This document shows, in pieces, positions 28,608 to 37,997 of a stretch of 64,000 nucleotides of DNA. A program made the position numbers and the translations under genes. The stretch is from a virus (taxonomy: Duplodnaviria; Caudoviricetes). The stretch's first letter is position 1. Each line of letters opens with the position of its first letter. Under the pieces are notes generated by a model, which was not told the origin of the DNA, did not search any database, and saw nothing but the letters and a program-made list of their open reading frames with translations. Location of the stretch: positions 32,001 to 96,000 of the IMG/VR virus record IMGVR_UViG_3300013121_000013; one strand, written 5' to 3'.

Positions 28608-28631
28608 TCGGCGGATAGAGATATCCGCCGA
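28608..28631 (+). other. GNRA-capped hairpin between sheath and tube genes
   Basis: TCGGCGGATA-GAGA-TATCCGCCGA, a perfect 10-bp stem with no U-tract. Confidence 0.7.
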
Positions 28632-28658
28632 CTATTGAAATGACATGGAGGTCCTAAT

Positions 28659-29309
28659 ATGGCCGATATTTTTAACCGACGGTCTATGCAAATAGGTAAT
28701 TCCTTTGCAGCAGATTCGGCGGTAATCAACTTTAGTGGTGGAGGTCTTGCTCCAGGTGCTGGATCTGGATTGTTGGTACAGAATATGGGCTTCCAGTATC
28801 AGCAGCCAGTTACTCGTATCTACGAGCTTGGAACTCAGTTAACATATTATATTGCCGGCAGGCCTCAAGGTAACGGTAATATCGGAAGAATACTAGGTCC
28901 GGGCCCTGTTGTATTATCATTTTATACTGCATATGGCGACGTATGTAAGGCTGCCAGAAACAATATCAACATTTGGGCGTCTGCTCTATGCAACCCGTCC
29001 TTGGGGCAATCACTAGGACCAACGGCAAACGCTTTGTTAGGCTTAGTTGGACTTGGAGGCGCTAGAATAGCCCCAGGCATTAAATGGTGCCTTACTGGTG
29101 TAGTTCTTAATAGCGTAGGTATGACTATAGCCGCGCAAGATATGATAATGAATGAGACCCTAGGATTTATGTTCGTTGCCTTGGAAGTATGTCAGGCTTC
29201 ACAGTTTGCGCTACCTTGGTCAGCCGGAGCCTGCTGCCCAGTTTCTGCACCAGCAGCAACACAAGCAGGTGCTGCTCCACTACCTTTACTTAGAACAGTT
29301 AGCGGCTAA
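28659..29309 (+). CDS. Tail tube protein
   Basis: Follows the sheath gene; LVQN...QYQQPVTRIYELG...YY..GR.QG pattern typical of myophage tube proteins. Confidence 0.75.
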   Translation: MADIFNRRSMQIGNSFAADSAVINFSGGGLAPGAGSGLLVQNMGFQYQQPVTRIYELGTQLTYYIAGRPQGNGNIGRILGPGPVVLSFYTAYGDVCKAARNNINIWASALCNPSLGQSLGPTANALLGLVGLGGARIAPGIKWCLTGVVLNSVGMTIAAQDMIMNETLGFMFVALEVCQASQFALPWSAGACCPVSAPAATQAGAAPLPLLRTVSG

Positions 29310-29360
29310 TTTTCCATAGACAATTCTAGTGATTTAGAGAAGCCCAGAAATAAGGAATGA

Positions 29361-32027
29361 ATGAACGACAGCACTTTAGATCTGGACTATTTAATTGAAT
29401 CCTACATCGATAACGAAGTTATTCCAAAATCCGAAGCGATGCGAGATCGCTTCGGATCTTATTGGTTACACCGTCAAGATCTGGGCAATTCAAGTATAAT
29501 ACGCTTTGGCCGTATAGTAGATTACGTGCCATACGCTAATGCATACAAAGTACAAGCTGATCAACAATCTATAATTTGGTGTACAACACTAACAGACACC
29601 GGGCTGCAGCCGTTTGGCGCGAAGTCAATTAATACCCTTCCGGCCGGTGCTGGCGTTTTCTATTTATGGTATAGAGAATCCCATTGGGGCTACATTATAG
29701 GGGTAGTTCCAGATTTTATTACAAATAAAGAAAAAGGGCAGTCTGACTATATAAGTCCTGGAAGCAGGGCTGGAATATTAGCAGATGCAGCTCATAGAAA
29801 TCTGATGAGCTTGCAATTCAACGGAGGCGTGGTCAACTGGTCTGCCGGCAGACCAGTTGACTCTACAGGTGTAGGCGAGTGGGGTGCTATTACTGAAACT
29901 GGCTTAATGTTCTTTCTAGACCCATATATGGCTTGCATGAAGGTTAATGAAGAGACTGGTATTTGGGGATTTTTCTACGATCAACTCTTAAGAATAGCTG
30001 GACATAATTTGCAATTTAGAACAGCTATGCGTGATCAATATGAATTTGATGACCAAGACGAACCTTCTATGGTGTCCGGTATTACGCCATATACGTGGGA
30101 AAGATTGGGACTTTGGTCGTGGGGTAATACTTCAGGCCATAGAGTAAACTCGCCGCTTAAAACTCAAGTCTCCAATACAGAGCTAGCCAGGATAGAGCCC
30201 GCATATTCTGATCAACAGCCATTCATGCGTAAGTTAGAGTTTGAAGGCTACTTAGGTCAGGGTGGATCTAGATTAATTTCTTTACCTCCTTGTCCAGTCC
30301 CAGAATCGGATTTAGATCTTAATAGATTTTCTATTGATAGAAGCTTCCCAGGAGCGTTTGAAGAGCACATAGCTCTGACAGGTGCGTATTCAATAAGGAG
30401 CGCCAAAGAGATAATAATCTCCAAACGCTGGGGCGTTACGCCTAAACAAAAAGTATTGCCTGAGGACGATAACGGCGATAATGAAACAAATTATAAATCA
30501 GGCGGTATGCTCGGAGATGGCGATGCACACCTTATTAAGGGAGAGCTTTCGCTCCACGAGGATGAAGATCTACAAGAAAATATACTTAGAAGATTAAGTA
30601 GTGCTGATTCTGAAGTTTGGGTGTTTAACTGGAAAAACCTACATCAGTTTCACTACCATAAGCGGGACTGGTACCTACCAGAACACTCTGAGCTTCCATG
30701 CACATTAGGTATTAGTTCCAGTATTTGTGAAAGTCTGGCTGAACTCAGTACTAATCAGTATATGTCTGCTCCTACACCTGTCGAAGTATACGTTGACCAT
30801 AGATATGGAAATACTAAATATTGGCTCAACGAAAGTGTGTTCATACTAACAGAGGATGGAGGAGTATCTCTTATAGACGGATATGGCGTCGAATGGAGGT
30901 CCACTGGCGGAAATCTTGATATATTTGCTCCAGCAGATATTAATCTCCATGCTGGAAGAAGCTTTAATCTTATAGCCGGAAAAGACATAAACCTTAGAGC
31001 AAATAACTCTATTGATATTATTTCTAACAATAAAGACGTAAGAATCAAAGCCGAGCATAACTTTATGGCACTATCTGGCAATGACGGATGTGGCGGTACG
31101 TTACTTGAAAATAGAGCTATCTGCCCAGCCTATGATTTTTGTCCAAATGTGGGCGAAGATGTGGTTCATAGTGGGATCTTTTTAAAGTCTTTTTCTAGCC
31201 GAGTTGCAGTTCAAGCTGCAGATGTTGTAATAGAAGCTAACTGCAATCCTCACTATGATGGGCAGTTAGTTCTTGACACTAACGATAGCCGATTGAGGGT
31301 TAGAACTGGATTCCTGGAAAGATTTGTTAGTTCAGCTATTCTTGACTTTTTTATAAACGACAACAATGAAGTAGTAAATGGTAATGAATGGTGGCAGAAT
31401 CAAACCGTAATAGGATCTCCAGTTTCTATTCATGGATGTATGCACGTATACGGTATACACAGCAAGGGAAATGTGGTAATCATAGATGGGCACATTGGAA
31501 CAAGTGAAGCAGCGACTAACAACTATACTGTGGCCCAAGTCACTAATGTTTCAACTATAGACGGACAATTTACGTCGCTAGATTCAGAACTTGCACAACT
31601 TGTTAGTGTTACCGGACCCCAAGAGTTTGATTTTGCGGCATATACAGCTTTAAAAAATATACATAATTCTGTAGAGTATTCACTAAGAACTAGTGAACAA
31701 TACGGAACTAATGGATATGTATTAGCCGAGAGTAGATGGCAGCAGACAGCAAGGTTATGCGAAGCTGGTGCTAGATGGGTAGAAAATCCTGTAGCGACTA
31801 GTTGTAGCACGCATGAGTTTATGTATCCATGGCCAGGCCCAGCTGTTTGGTGTAGCGATAGTGGTTACAAAATTTATAATCCTAAGTTTAAAAATCCAGC
31901 TTCTGGAAGTGTTGTTGATAGAGATACGGTGGATGGCGACTCGACAACTACTATCTATGAAGACGCAGTTCTTGCTAAATCTGCTAGCTTGAAGCCAGAT
32001 GGAAATTATGTAATACCTGTAATTTAA
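29361..32027 (+). CDS. Baseplate central spike (gp5/VgrG-like: OB fold plus beta-helix)
   Basis: N-terminal GRIVDY..YKVQ..IWC..P.G..V OB-fold pattern and ~8-residue repeats DINLHAGRSFNLIAGKDINLRANNSIDIISNNKDVRIKAEHN. Confidence 0.65.
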   Translation: MNDSTLDLDYLIESYIDNEVIPKSEAMRDRFGSYWLHRQDLGNSSIIRFGRIVDYVPYANAYKVQADQQSIIWCTTLTDTGLQPFGAKSINTLPAGAGVFYLWYRESHWGYIIGVVPDFITNKEKGQSDYISPGSRAGILADAAHRNLMSLQFNGGVVNWSAGRPVDSTGVGEWGAITETGLMFFLDPYMACMKVNEETGIWGFFYDQLLRIAGHNLQFRTAMRDQYEFDDQDEPSMVSGITPYTWERLGLWSWGNTSGHRVNSPLKTQVSNTELARIEPAYSDQQPFMRKLEFEGYLGQGGSRLISLPPCPVPESDLDLNRFSIDRSFPGAFEEHIALTGAYSIRSAKEIIISKRWGVTPKQKVLPEDDNGDNETNYKSGGMLGDGDAHLIKGELSLHEDEDLQENILRRLSSADSEVWVFNWKNLHQFHYHKRDWYLPEHSELPCTLGISSSICESLAELSTNQYMSAPTPVEVYVDHRYGNTKYWLNESVFILTEDGGVSLIDGYGVEWRSTGGNLDIFAPADINLHAGRSFNLIAGKDINLRANNSIDIISNNKDVRIKAEHNFMALSGNDGCGGTLLENRAICPAYDFCPNVGEDVVHSGIFLKSFSSRVAVQAADVVIEANCNPHYDGQLVLDTNDSRLRVRTGFLERFVSSAILDFFINDNNEVVNGNEWWQNQTVIGSPVSIHGCMHVYGIHSKGNVVIIDGHIGTSEAATNNYTVAQVTNVSTIDGQFTSLDSELAQLVSVTGPQEFDFAAYTALKNIHNSVEYSLRTSEQYGTNGYVLAESRWQQTARLCEAGARWVENPVATSCSTHEFMYPWPGPAVWCSDSGYKIYNPKFKNPASGSVVDRDTVDGDSTTTIYEDAVLAKSASLKPDGNYVIPVI

Positions 32028-32038
32028 AGGAAGTTAAG

Positions 32039-33328
32039 ATGCCGATTCCGATTGGAAGATCTAAAAAACAGCCACAAATTCAACCGAACACAAAAGATAT
32101 ACAGCACCTTTCGCCGCAGCAATTATCCGAGTTAAGGCCAACTTCATCACTACCAGTTGGCTCTATAGTAGGTAAAGGTTCTCTGACTGATACTGAAAAA
32201 AAAGTATTAGAACAGATGGGTTGGCAGCCTGGCCAGCCAATTCCTTCAGAAATAAGTAAACAGCTTTCGAATATGGAAGTTGTAAAAGATTTGAGAGAGT
32301 TACAGAGGAAGCTGAAAGTCGAAGCAGAGAATGCTGTACCCGTTCCTCTAAACACTCCTCCTTTAAAAGTACCGAAGCCGACTCTTCTAGAAGATCTGCC
32401 TCCAGACAAGCAGGCAAGTATCTTGCAGAGTATTAAAAGCGCCATTAAAGATACTGAACTATTAGTAAAGGCAGCAAATGAAGAAGCGGCTGGCAGCAAG
32501 AGATCTGTACAATTTGAAGATCCGAGTCTAGAGGCAGCGGCTAGATATGTCTTAGAGAATTCTAATTCTTCTGACATCGTTATAGATTCAAAACCTTTGA
32601 CAACTGATAATGTCGTCCCTGCTTCTGATGTACAACATCCAGCCGCTTATTTGACCAAAGAAGAGCTTGATAAGCTTATAAATAAGACGGAAGTACAAGC
32701 TCAGTCTAACTCTGTAAAGGAAGAGGCTAAACAGCTTCCTAAAGATTCGGACACAGGGCTATTAAAGAAGCATCAAGAATGTCCGCACTGCGGCTGGGAT
32801 CAAGACAAGCCAGAACCAGCAGAAATGCCATCAAGTACAGATAAATCTGCTTTCCTACAATCCGTGCTTGGACAGATAAGATTTAAGAAATCTTATAGCC
32901 TTCTAGGCGATAAGGTTGTTGTTGTTTTTAGAACTCTAAAAGCAGAAGAGGCTGACTTGTGCATGACTCAAACAGTCATAGATATGGCTAAAACTGCCCA
33001 GGCTGATAACGAAGTTGCATTTTGGCGTACTGTTGCCGACTATAGATTGGCTATATCTATTGATTCTGTATACATAGATGGCAGGGGCAAGATTTACACA
33101 GCGCCTGAGGATATATGGACAGGTTTCGAAATAGCTGAAGAAGAAAAGCCTAAAGATTCGACAATACTTCCATTGATAGTTCAGTATATCTATAGCAATA
33201 TCTTAGTTCTAGAGTCATTAAGAAGAGCTATAGGAGTTAACTGCTTTAACTTCCATAGGATGGTTGAATTTATGGAGGCTCGTGTGCTGGACACAAATTT
33301 TTGGAAAGCGACCGAGGATGCGCATTAA
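32039..33328 (+). CDS. Tail assembly chaperone (gpG-like) with an N-terminal extension
   Basis: Upstream of the tape measure; VVFRTLKAEE motif; ends at an in-frame A_AAT_TTT slippery site. Confidence 0.65.
   Translation: MPIPIGRSKKQPQIQPNTKDIQHLSPQQLSELRPTSSLPVGSIVGKGSLTDTEKKVLEQMGWQPGQPIPSEISKQLSNMEVVKDLRELQRKLKVEAENAVPVPLNTPPLKVPKPTLLEDLPPDKQASILQSIKSAIKDTELLVKAANEEAAGSKRSVQFEDPSLEAAARYVLENSNSSDIVIDSKPLTTDNVVPASDVQHPAAYLTKEELDKLINKTEVQAQSNSVKEEAKQLPKDSDTGLLKKHQECPHCGWDQDKPEPAEMPSSTDKSAFLQSVLGQIRFKKSYSLLGDKVVVVFRTLKAEEADLCMTQTVIDMAKTAQADNEVAFWRTVADYRLAISIDSVYIDGRGKIYTAPEDIWTGFEIAEEEKPKDSTILPLIVQYIYSNILVLESLRRAIGVNCFNFHRMVEFMEARVLDTNFWKATEDAH
33295..33301 (+). other. Programmed -1 ribosomal frameshift heptamer A AAT TTT
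   Basis: X XXY YYZ pattern in the frame of 32039..33328; the -1 frame continues into ORF 33301..33717. Confidence 0.78.
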
Positions 33329-33717
33329 TTTGTCAAGCGGCTGCTGAGGGCCTTATTGATTTTAGTAAGGCCCAACTCCTCGATCGCTATTGGTGGAAAC
33401 GTCTTGACATACTTCTCTATCAACTAGAGAAACGTAACTATTATGACGTTATTAAAACACAGCATAACCAATGCTCTAACGCGTTGACTTATTGTGACGA
33501 TGACGAAATTTTCAAATCATATTGGAAATCTTGCAATGACCTTTTGAACGATTTGTATAGTTCTTATTTCTCTTGGGTTAAAGAAAAAGAATTATCCAAG
33601 AATAATGACGTCATTAAGCAGTTGAGAGAAGAGTACATTGCTAACTTTGGCGATCCGGACACTCCTGAGGCCAAGCAACGAATTGCAAATACTGTTAACT
33701 TCTTAATGAATAGATAG
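33301..33717 (+). CDS. Tail assembly chaperone gpT-like frameshift extension
   Basis: Overlaps the upstream gene in the -1 frame; only a TTG start and no clear RBS; directly precedes the tape measure. Confidence 0.65.
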   Translation: MESDRGCALICQAAAEGLIDFSKAQLLDRYWWKRLDILLYQLEKRNYYDVIKTQHNQCSNALTYCDDDEIFKSYWKSCNDLLNDLYSSYFSWVKEKELSKNNDVIKQLREEYIANFGDPDTPEAKQRIANTVNFLMNR

Positions 33718-33731
33718 TAATTGGAGCTGTA

Positions 33732-36371
33732 ATGAGTAATAACCCGTATTTTCAACAGGTGGGCCAGGCTCCTAGTTTCTTTGCTGGGACTCCTATCACA
33801 CCTAGCCAAATGATGAATCTGTCTGGAGTTCCAGGAATGAATGGACCTCTGGGTATGATCGTCCAAATGCTTTTGCAGCCGATGATTCAACAGCTGTCGG
33901 CCAGTCACGGGTTTATTCCATTACAGTTCCAGCAAACACAAGGAGCATACGATCATCTAACTGCTAACATGGTCTTCAGAGAACGAATGAGGACCATGCA
34001 AATAGGCTCTGACCAAGATCAAGAAACTGCATATAGGACTCTTAGAGGTATAGCACATTTAAATAATACTCCTTGGAACGACTCTACAAGAAGCGCAGCT
34101 AGAAATATGGCTAAGCAGGCAGCTACTTGGCTTCCTCATCTGGCTATGGCTAACCCAGACTTTTTGGATCAAGCTTCTGGAGTTAGAGGCAGCTCCACGG
34201 TTATGCATCAATTCATGTCTATGGGGCTTAGATATGCTAGAGACCCTATTACTGGTCTAACTGGGCCAGATGGAGAGACTAGTGGAGCCATAGCTAGTCG
34301 TGTATTTAAGAATTTCTATGGTAAAGACTTATCCTTAGAAGAAGTGGCTTCTAGAACTAGAGGCCTATCTGCTGGCAGGATGGGTCAGCTTTTTGAAGAA
34401 TTGCAACGACGTGGATTAATGGGCGCTGGCATAACTGAGCAAGACAGAGAAAGAGTCAGGGCTGAAACTGAAAGAGAAATAGAAGCGAGCCCAAATGCTG
34501 CATCTTTAAGAGGACAGGCAGATGAGATAAACAATAAGAAGTTGACTAATATCACTGCTGATAGATATACCTCCAGGCTTAAAAATATGGCCGGAGCCGT
34601 ACAGGCTATGCGAGAGATATTTGGCGACCAAGGCCGTAAAGGTAACATGGTCGAGCTTATAAATAGCTTGGACGCCCTAACTCAAGGTGGGCTCGCAACA
34701 ATGAGTGGCGCTAAGCTTGAATCAACCGTTCGTAACATCCATATGCTAGTCAAGAATTCAGGAATGACAATGGATGGAATGCTTCAGTTAATGGCTGGCG
34801 GCGCTAGAGTAGCAGATAAGCTTGGCCTGGATAGGGAGTATGTAGTTGGTGCGTCTCAAGGTGCTGCTTCGTTTTCAGCAGCATTCGCTCAGACTGGAGG
34901 AGGCAATCTTCCTGGCTACGGATCCTTGAGTCGAGAAAAGGTCATACAGCTTGACCAACAATTAAGACTTAATGCTGCAGCCAGCTTCCAAGCTAATCTA
35001 TTATCTTCAGTTGTAAGTTTGGAAAAGGGCGGCTTTATAAAGTCCGGTACTGCAGCCGCTAGATTAGCTAAAGAGATTAAAGATGGTACTATTAAAGGCC
35101 CTCTAAGTCTTGAAGAATACTATAGAGTACTTAAAGAGTCTGGCGTTACTAGAGATATGGCTAATCAAAGCTTGCACAATACAGAGGCAAATAGAGAATA
35201 TGGCCTGGAGTATGATGTCCAGGATACGGTTAGAAATTTTCAGCCTAAAGAATTCAGTGCTATGCTTAAGAATATAGCCGCACCTGCTGCTACAGCTGCG
35301 CTAGATAAGAAGTTGAAGGCGGCTCTTGGTGACTCTGGACTTGCTGCTCTTCAAAGGGGTCTTGGAAATATTATAAATATGACCCCAGAACAGCAGCAAT
35401 CTGCCAATAGCAGACTTGAAGCTTCGATAGATATGATGTTAGCTGAAATGACTCCAGATCAGTTAAAGGCTCTAGGAAATACCGACGAAGAGAGACGTAA
35501 TGCTTTACGTCCTGTAGCTTTTACGTTTTTGGGGAATGTTACACATCATACAAAACATTTGGGAGGCACAAGAGCTGCGCTCCAGATGATGAACCCAGAA
35601 ACACTAAGGCAAGGAAGACAATTCAGAAGTGAGCAAAGAATAAAAGCTAACTTAGCTAAAGCTTTGGCTCCTTTTGGCTTAAGCGAAATAAGCAGAAGAG
35701 CAGCTCAAGCTGTTATAAACTCTGACAAAGACACCGACATAGGTAAGCTCTTTGCACAAATGTTTGGCGGTATCCCGGCCACTCCTGGCATGGATAAAGA
35801 AAAGCTAAATTCGCTACAGAAAGAGCTTGGGGAATTGTTTGAGCAAGGTATAGAGTTTGACGTCAATACTGGAGAGATAGCTCCTAAGGGCGGAACAAAG
35901 ATAACATTCAAAGAAGCTGTAGAGAGATATAGAAAGGACCCTACTAAAGAAAATGAAAGGATATTGACCGCCCATACGAATAGGTTAATCCCTGGCCTTA
36001 ATAAGGCTTTTTCTAGAGCCGGAGTTGAAACACCAGATAAGCAACCACTAGATGACGGCTCAAAAGATCCTAAAAATAAAGACAAAGAAGTCAAAGAGAA
36101 TGGTGGGGTTGAAACCAAAAATTCTACAACAACTATAGCTTCTAGTGTTAAACTAGAGGGAGAGCCTTTTGTTAATCTTTCAGATAAGACGTTAAAGAAT
36201 TTGAAAGAAGTTCTTAAAGAAGCCTCGTCTAAAAATAAAGATTCTGGAAAAGATGAGCCAATAGAAATAGTACTCAAGGACGTCGAAATCAAAATTAAAG
36301 ACGAAAGATCAACAATGAGTGCTGTAGCTGTTGTTAGGACCAGAGGTTCTGTAAGACCATCAAGAGGATAA
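33732..36371 (+). CDS. Tape measure protein
   Basis: 879 aa, Ala/Gly/Met-rich helical sequence between the chaperones and the baseplate genes. Confidence 0.7.
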   Translation: MSNNPYFQQVGQAPSFFAGTPITPSQMMNLSGVPGMNGPLGMIVQMLLQPMIQQLSASHGFIPLQFQQTQGAYDHLTANMVFRERMRTMQIGSDQDQETAYRTLRGIAHLNNTPWNDSTRSAARNMAKQAATWLPHLAMANPDFLDQASGVRGSSTVMHQFMSMGLRYARDPITGLTGPDGETSGAIASRVFKNFYGKDLSLEEVASRTRGLSAGRMGQLFEELQRRGLMGAGITEQDRERVRAETEREIEASPNAASLRGQADEINNKKLTNITADRYTSRLKNMAGAVQAMREIFGDQGRKGNMVELINSLDALTQGGLATMSGAKLESTVRNIHMLVKNSGMTMDGMLQLMAGGARVADKLGLDREYVVGASQGAASFSAAFAQTGGGNLPGYGSLSREKVIQLDQQLRLNAAASFQANLLSSVVSLEKGGFIKSGTAAARLAKEIKDGTIKGPLSLEEYYRVLKESGVTRDMANQSLHNTEANREYGLEYDVQDTVRNFQPKEFSAMLKNIAAPAATAALDKKLKAALGDSGLAALQRGLGNIINMTPEQQQSANSRLEASIDMMLAEMTPDQLKALGNTDEERRNALRPVAFTFLGNVTHHTKHLGGTRAALQMMNPETLRQGRQFRSEQRIKANLAKALAPFGLSEISRRAAQAVINSDKDTDIGKLFAQMFGGIPATPGMDKEKLNSLQKELGELFEQGIEFDVNTGEIAPKGGTKITFKEAVERYRKDPTKENERILTAHTNRLIPGLNKAFSRAGVETPDKQPLDDGSKDPKNKDKEVKENGGVETKNSTTTIASSVKLEGEPFVNLSDKTLKNLKEVLKEASSKNKDSGKDEPIEIVLKDVEIKIKDERSTMSAVAVVRTRGSVRPSRG

Positions 36372-36372
36372 C

Positions 36373-37188
36373 ATGCCAAATATCTTTTCTAGTAAGCCAG
36401 GTTCTGTTACAGCCGTAGGAAGTAGTAACCCACTCCCATTAAAGGTAACAATGGGTTCATGGGGAGGCTATGCCTCGTTCAAGGCTATAATAACTGAGGC
36501 TGGGGTAAACAGAGGTGGAAGATTTCAGTTTCTATACTCAATGAGAGACTTTATTTACTTCTATTCTTTTGGTGAGTTATTGGGAGAAATTTCGATATCT
36601 GGTATAGCTTTTTCTAGTGCTTGTCCTGGTGAGGGCGGCACTGCTGGATCCAAATCAGGATTTGAACATGTTCTGGATTATTATGAAAAAAATAGAATAA
36701 GTCGTATAGGTTCACCTATATCTATATCTATAGGTACAGCTGGGTTTAGTGCATTTTTAACAAACATAGGAGTTGTAGCGCAAGACGCGCAACAACAAAT
36801 TGCGCCATTCAAGATGAAATTTTTATTTCCTCCAAATCCTAGACCAGCAGCGACATTTGCGACTATACCTACTAACGCTATAAATTTCATAAGCAGCTTT
36901 GCACCTAGAGAGCCAAGCGCTAATAGTTTAGGTTCTAACCAGGGTCAGTGCTGTCCTTCTATAGCTTCAGTAACTAATGCACCTACTACGAGCATATCAA
37001 CACCTACAGCCTCTACCAGGCCTGCGGCCTCCAACGGGCTCCATAGAATGATTAGCTCCACTAGATTACCTAACGCGCCTAGTGCCACTAGTACTACCAA
37101 TTCTAATAGCACGCCTAGCATGCATAATATAGAAGGCGGAAGTATACCAGGGGTTGTTGCTATTACTAATCTTCTTTTAAGGCGATAA
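36373..37188 (+). CDS. Tube-like baseplate/tail initiator protein
   Basis: Follows the tape measure; IYFYSFGE..GEISISG pattern; Ser/Thr-rich tail. Confidence 0.55.
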   Translation: MPNIFSSKPGSVTAVGSSNPLPLKVTMGSWGGYASFKAIITEAGVNRGGRFQFLYSMRDFIYFYSFGELLGEISISGIAFSSACPGEGGTAGSKSGFEHVLDYYEKNRISRIGSPISISIGTAGFSAFLTNIGVVAQDAQQQIAPFKMKFLFPPNPRPAATFATIPTNAINFISSFAPREPSANSLGSNQGQCCPSIASVTNAPTTSISTPTASTRPAASNGLHRMISSTRLPNAPSATSTTNSNSTPSMHNIEGGSIPGVVAITNLLLRR

Positions 37189-37189
37189 A

Positions 37190-37993
37190 ATGATAAATCA
37201 TATTCGCACTTTGTTGCTCAATAAACCATCATCTGCATCAGTATCAGATAGTTTTCCAGGTGAAGAATATGTGCCTCCAAATTTTGTGCCTATTACCTTA
37301 ACTCCTGATTTATCTAAAATTAGAGATATACTTTTTGGTCAAAGACCTGATAGAGCTATGCTTAACTATAGGTTAAGACAATATATGAATTTGCTGCATA
37401 GTGATAAGTTTTTAAATCAATATACCGTGGTTCTTGATCCAAGGATAACTTACTTACCCTTTAACGATCCATTGTTTGTGCAGCCATCTAGATATAATGT
37501 GAGCATAAAACATATACCAGTCGGAACCACTAGAACTTTATACATAAACGGCGACATCGACAACGTCAGAGATAGAAGTAGGTTGAGAAAGTTTTGGACG
37601 GTCGAGATACTATCAGAAGATTCAGCTAAAGTTATATCTGATACTGTTCCTACGTCTATTGAAACGTATTCCTTTTCTGTTGAAGATGGACTTACGACTT
37701 CTATACCATTAACAAATTCTGATTTATCTGTTTATGCTGATCCTACGATAGGGACTAAGTGGTTTATAGAGATTTTCGCGCAGCCTGAAGAAAGTTTGAC
37801 AGATGTAGTGTCAAAACTTAATAGTTTGGATAATCAGTCTCTATCGGCTATATTCGGTAGAAGAGTAGAGCCATTTTTATCTTTTTATAGTTTATGGACT
37901 AATGAAAAGATTGTTGGTCCGTCTGTTAGGCTAGGAAGTATAGTTCTAAGCTATGCCTTCAATCTAGAGTTATTGAGATTAAACAGGGAGTAA
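37190..37993 (+). CDS. Putative baseplate protein
   Basis: Synteny only. Confidence 0.45.
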   Translation: MINHIRTLLLNKPSSASVSDSFPGEEYVPPNFVPITLTPDLSKIRDILFGQRPDRAMLNYRLRQYMNLLHSDKFLNQYTVVLDPRITYLPFNDPLFVQPSRYNVSIKHIPVGTTRTLYINGDIDNVRDRSRLRKFWTVEILSEDSAKVISDTVPTSIETYSFSVEDGLTTSIPLTNSDLSVYADPTIGTKWFIEIFAQPEESLTDVVSKLNSLDNQSLSAIFGRRVEPFLSFYSLWTNEKIVGPSVRLGSIVLSYAFNLELLRLNRE

Positions 37994-37997
37994 GACA

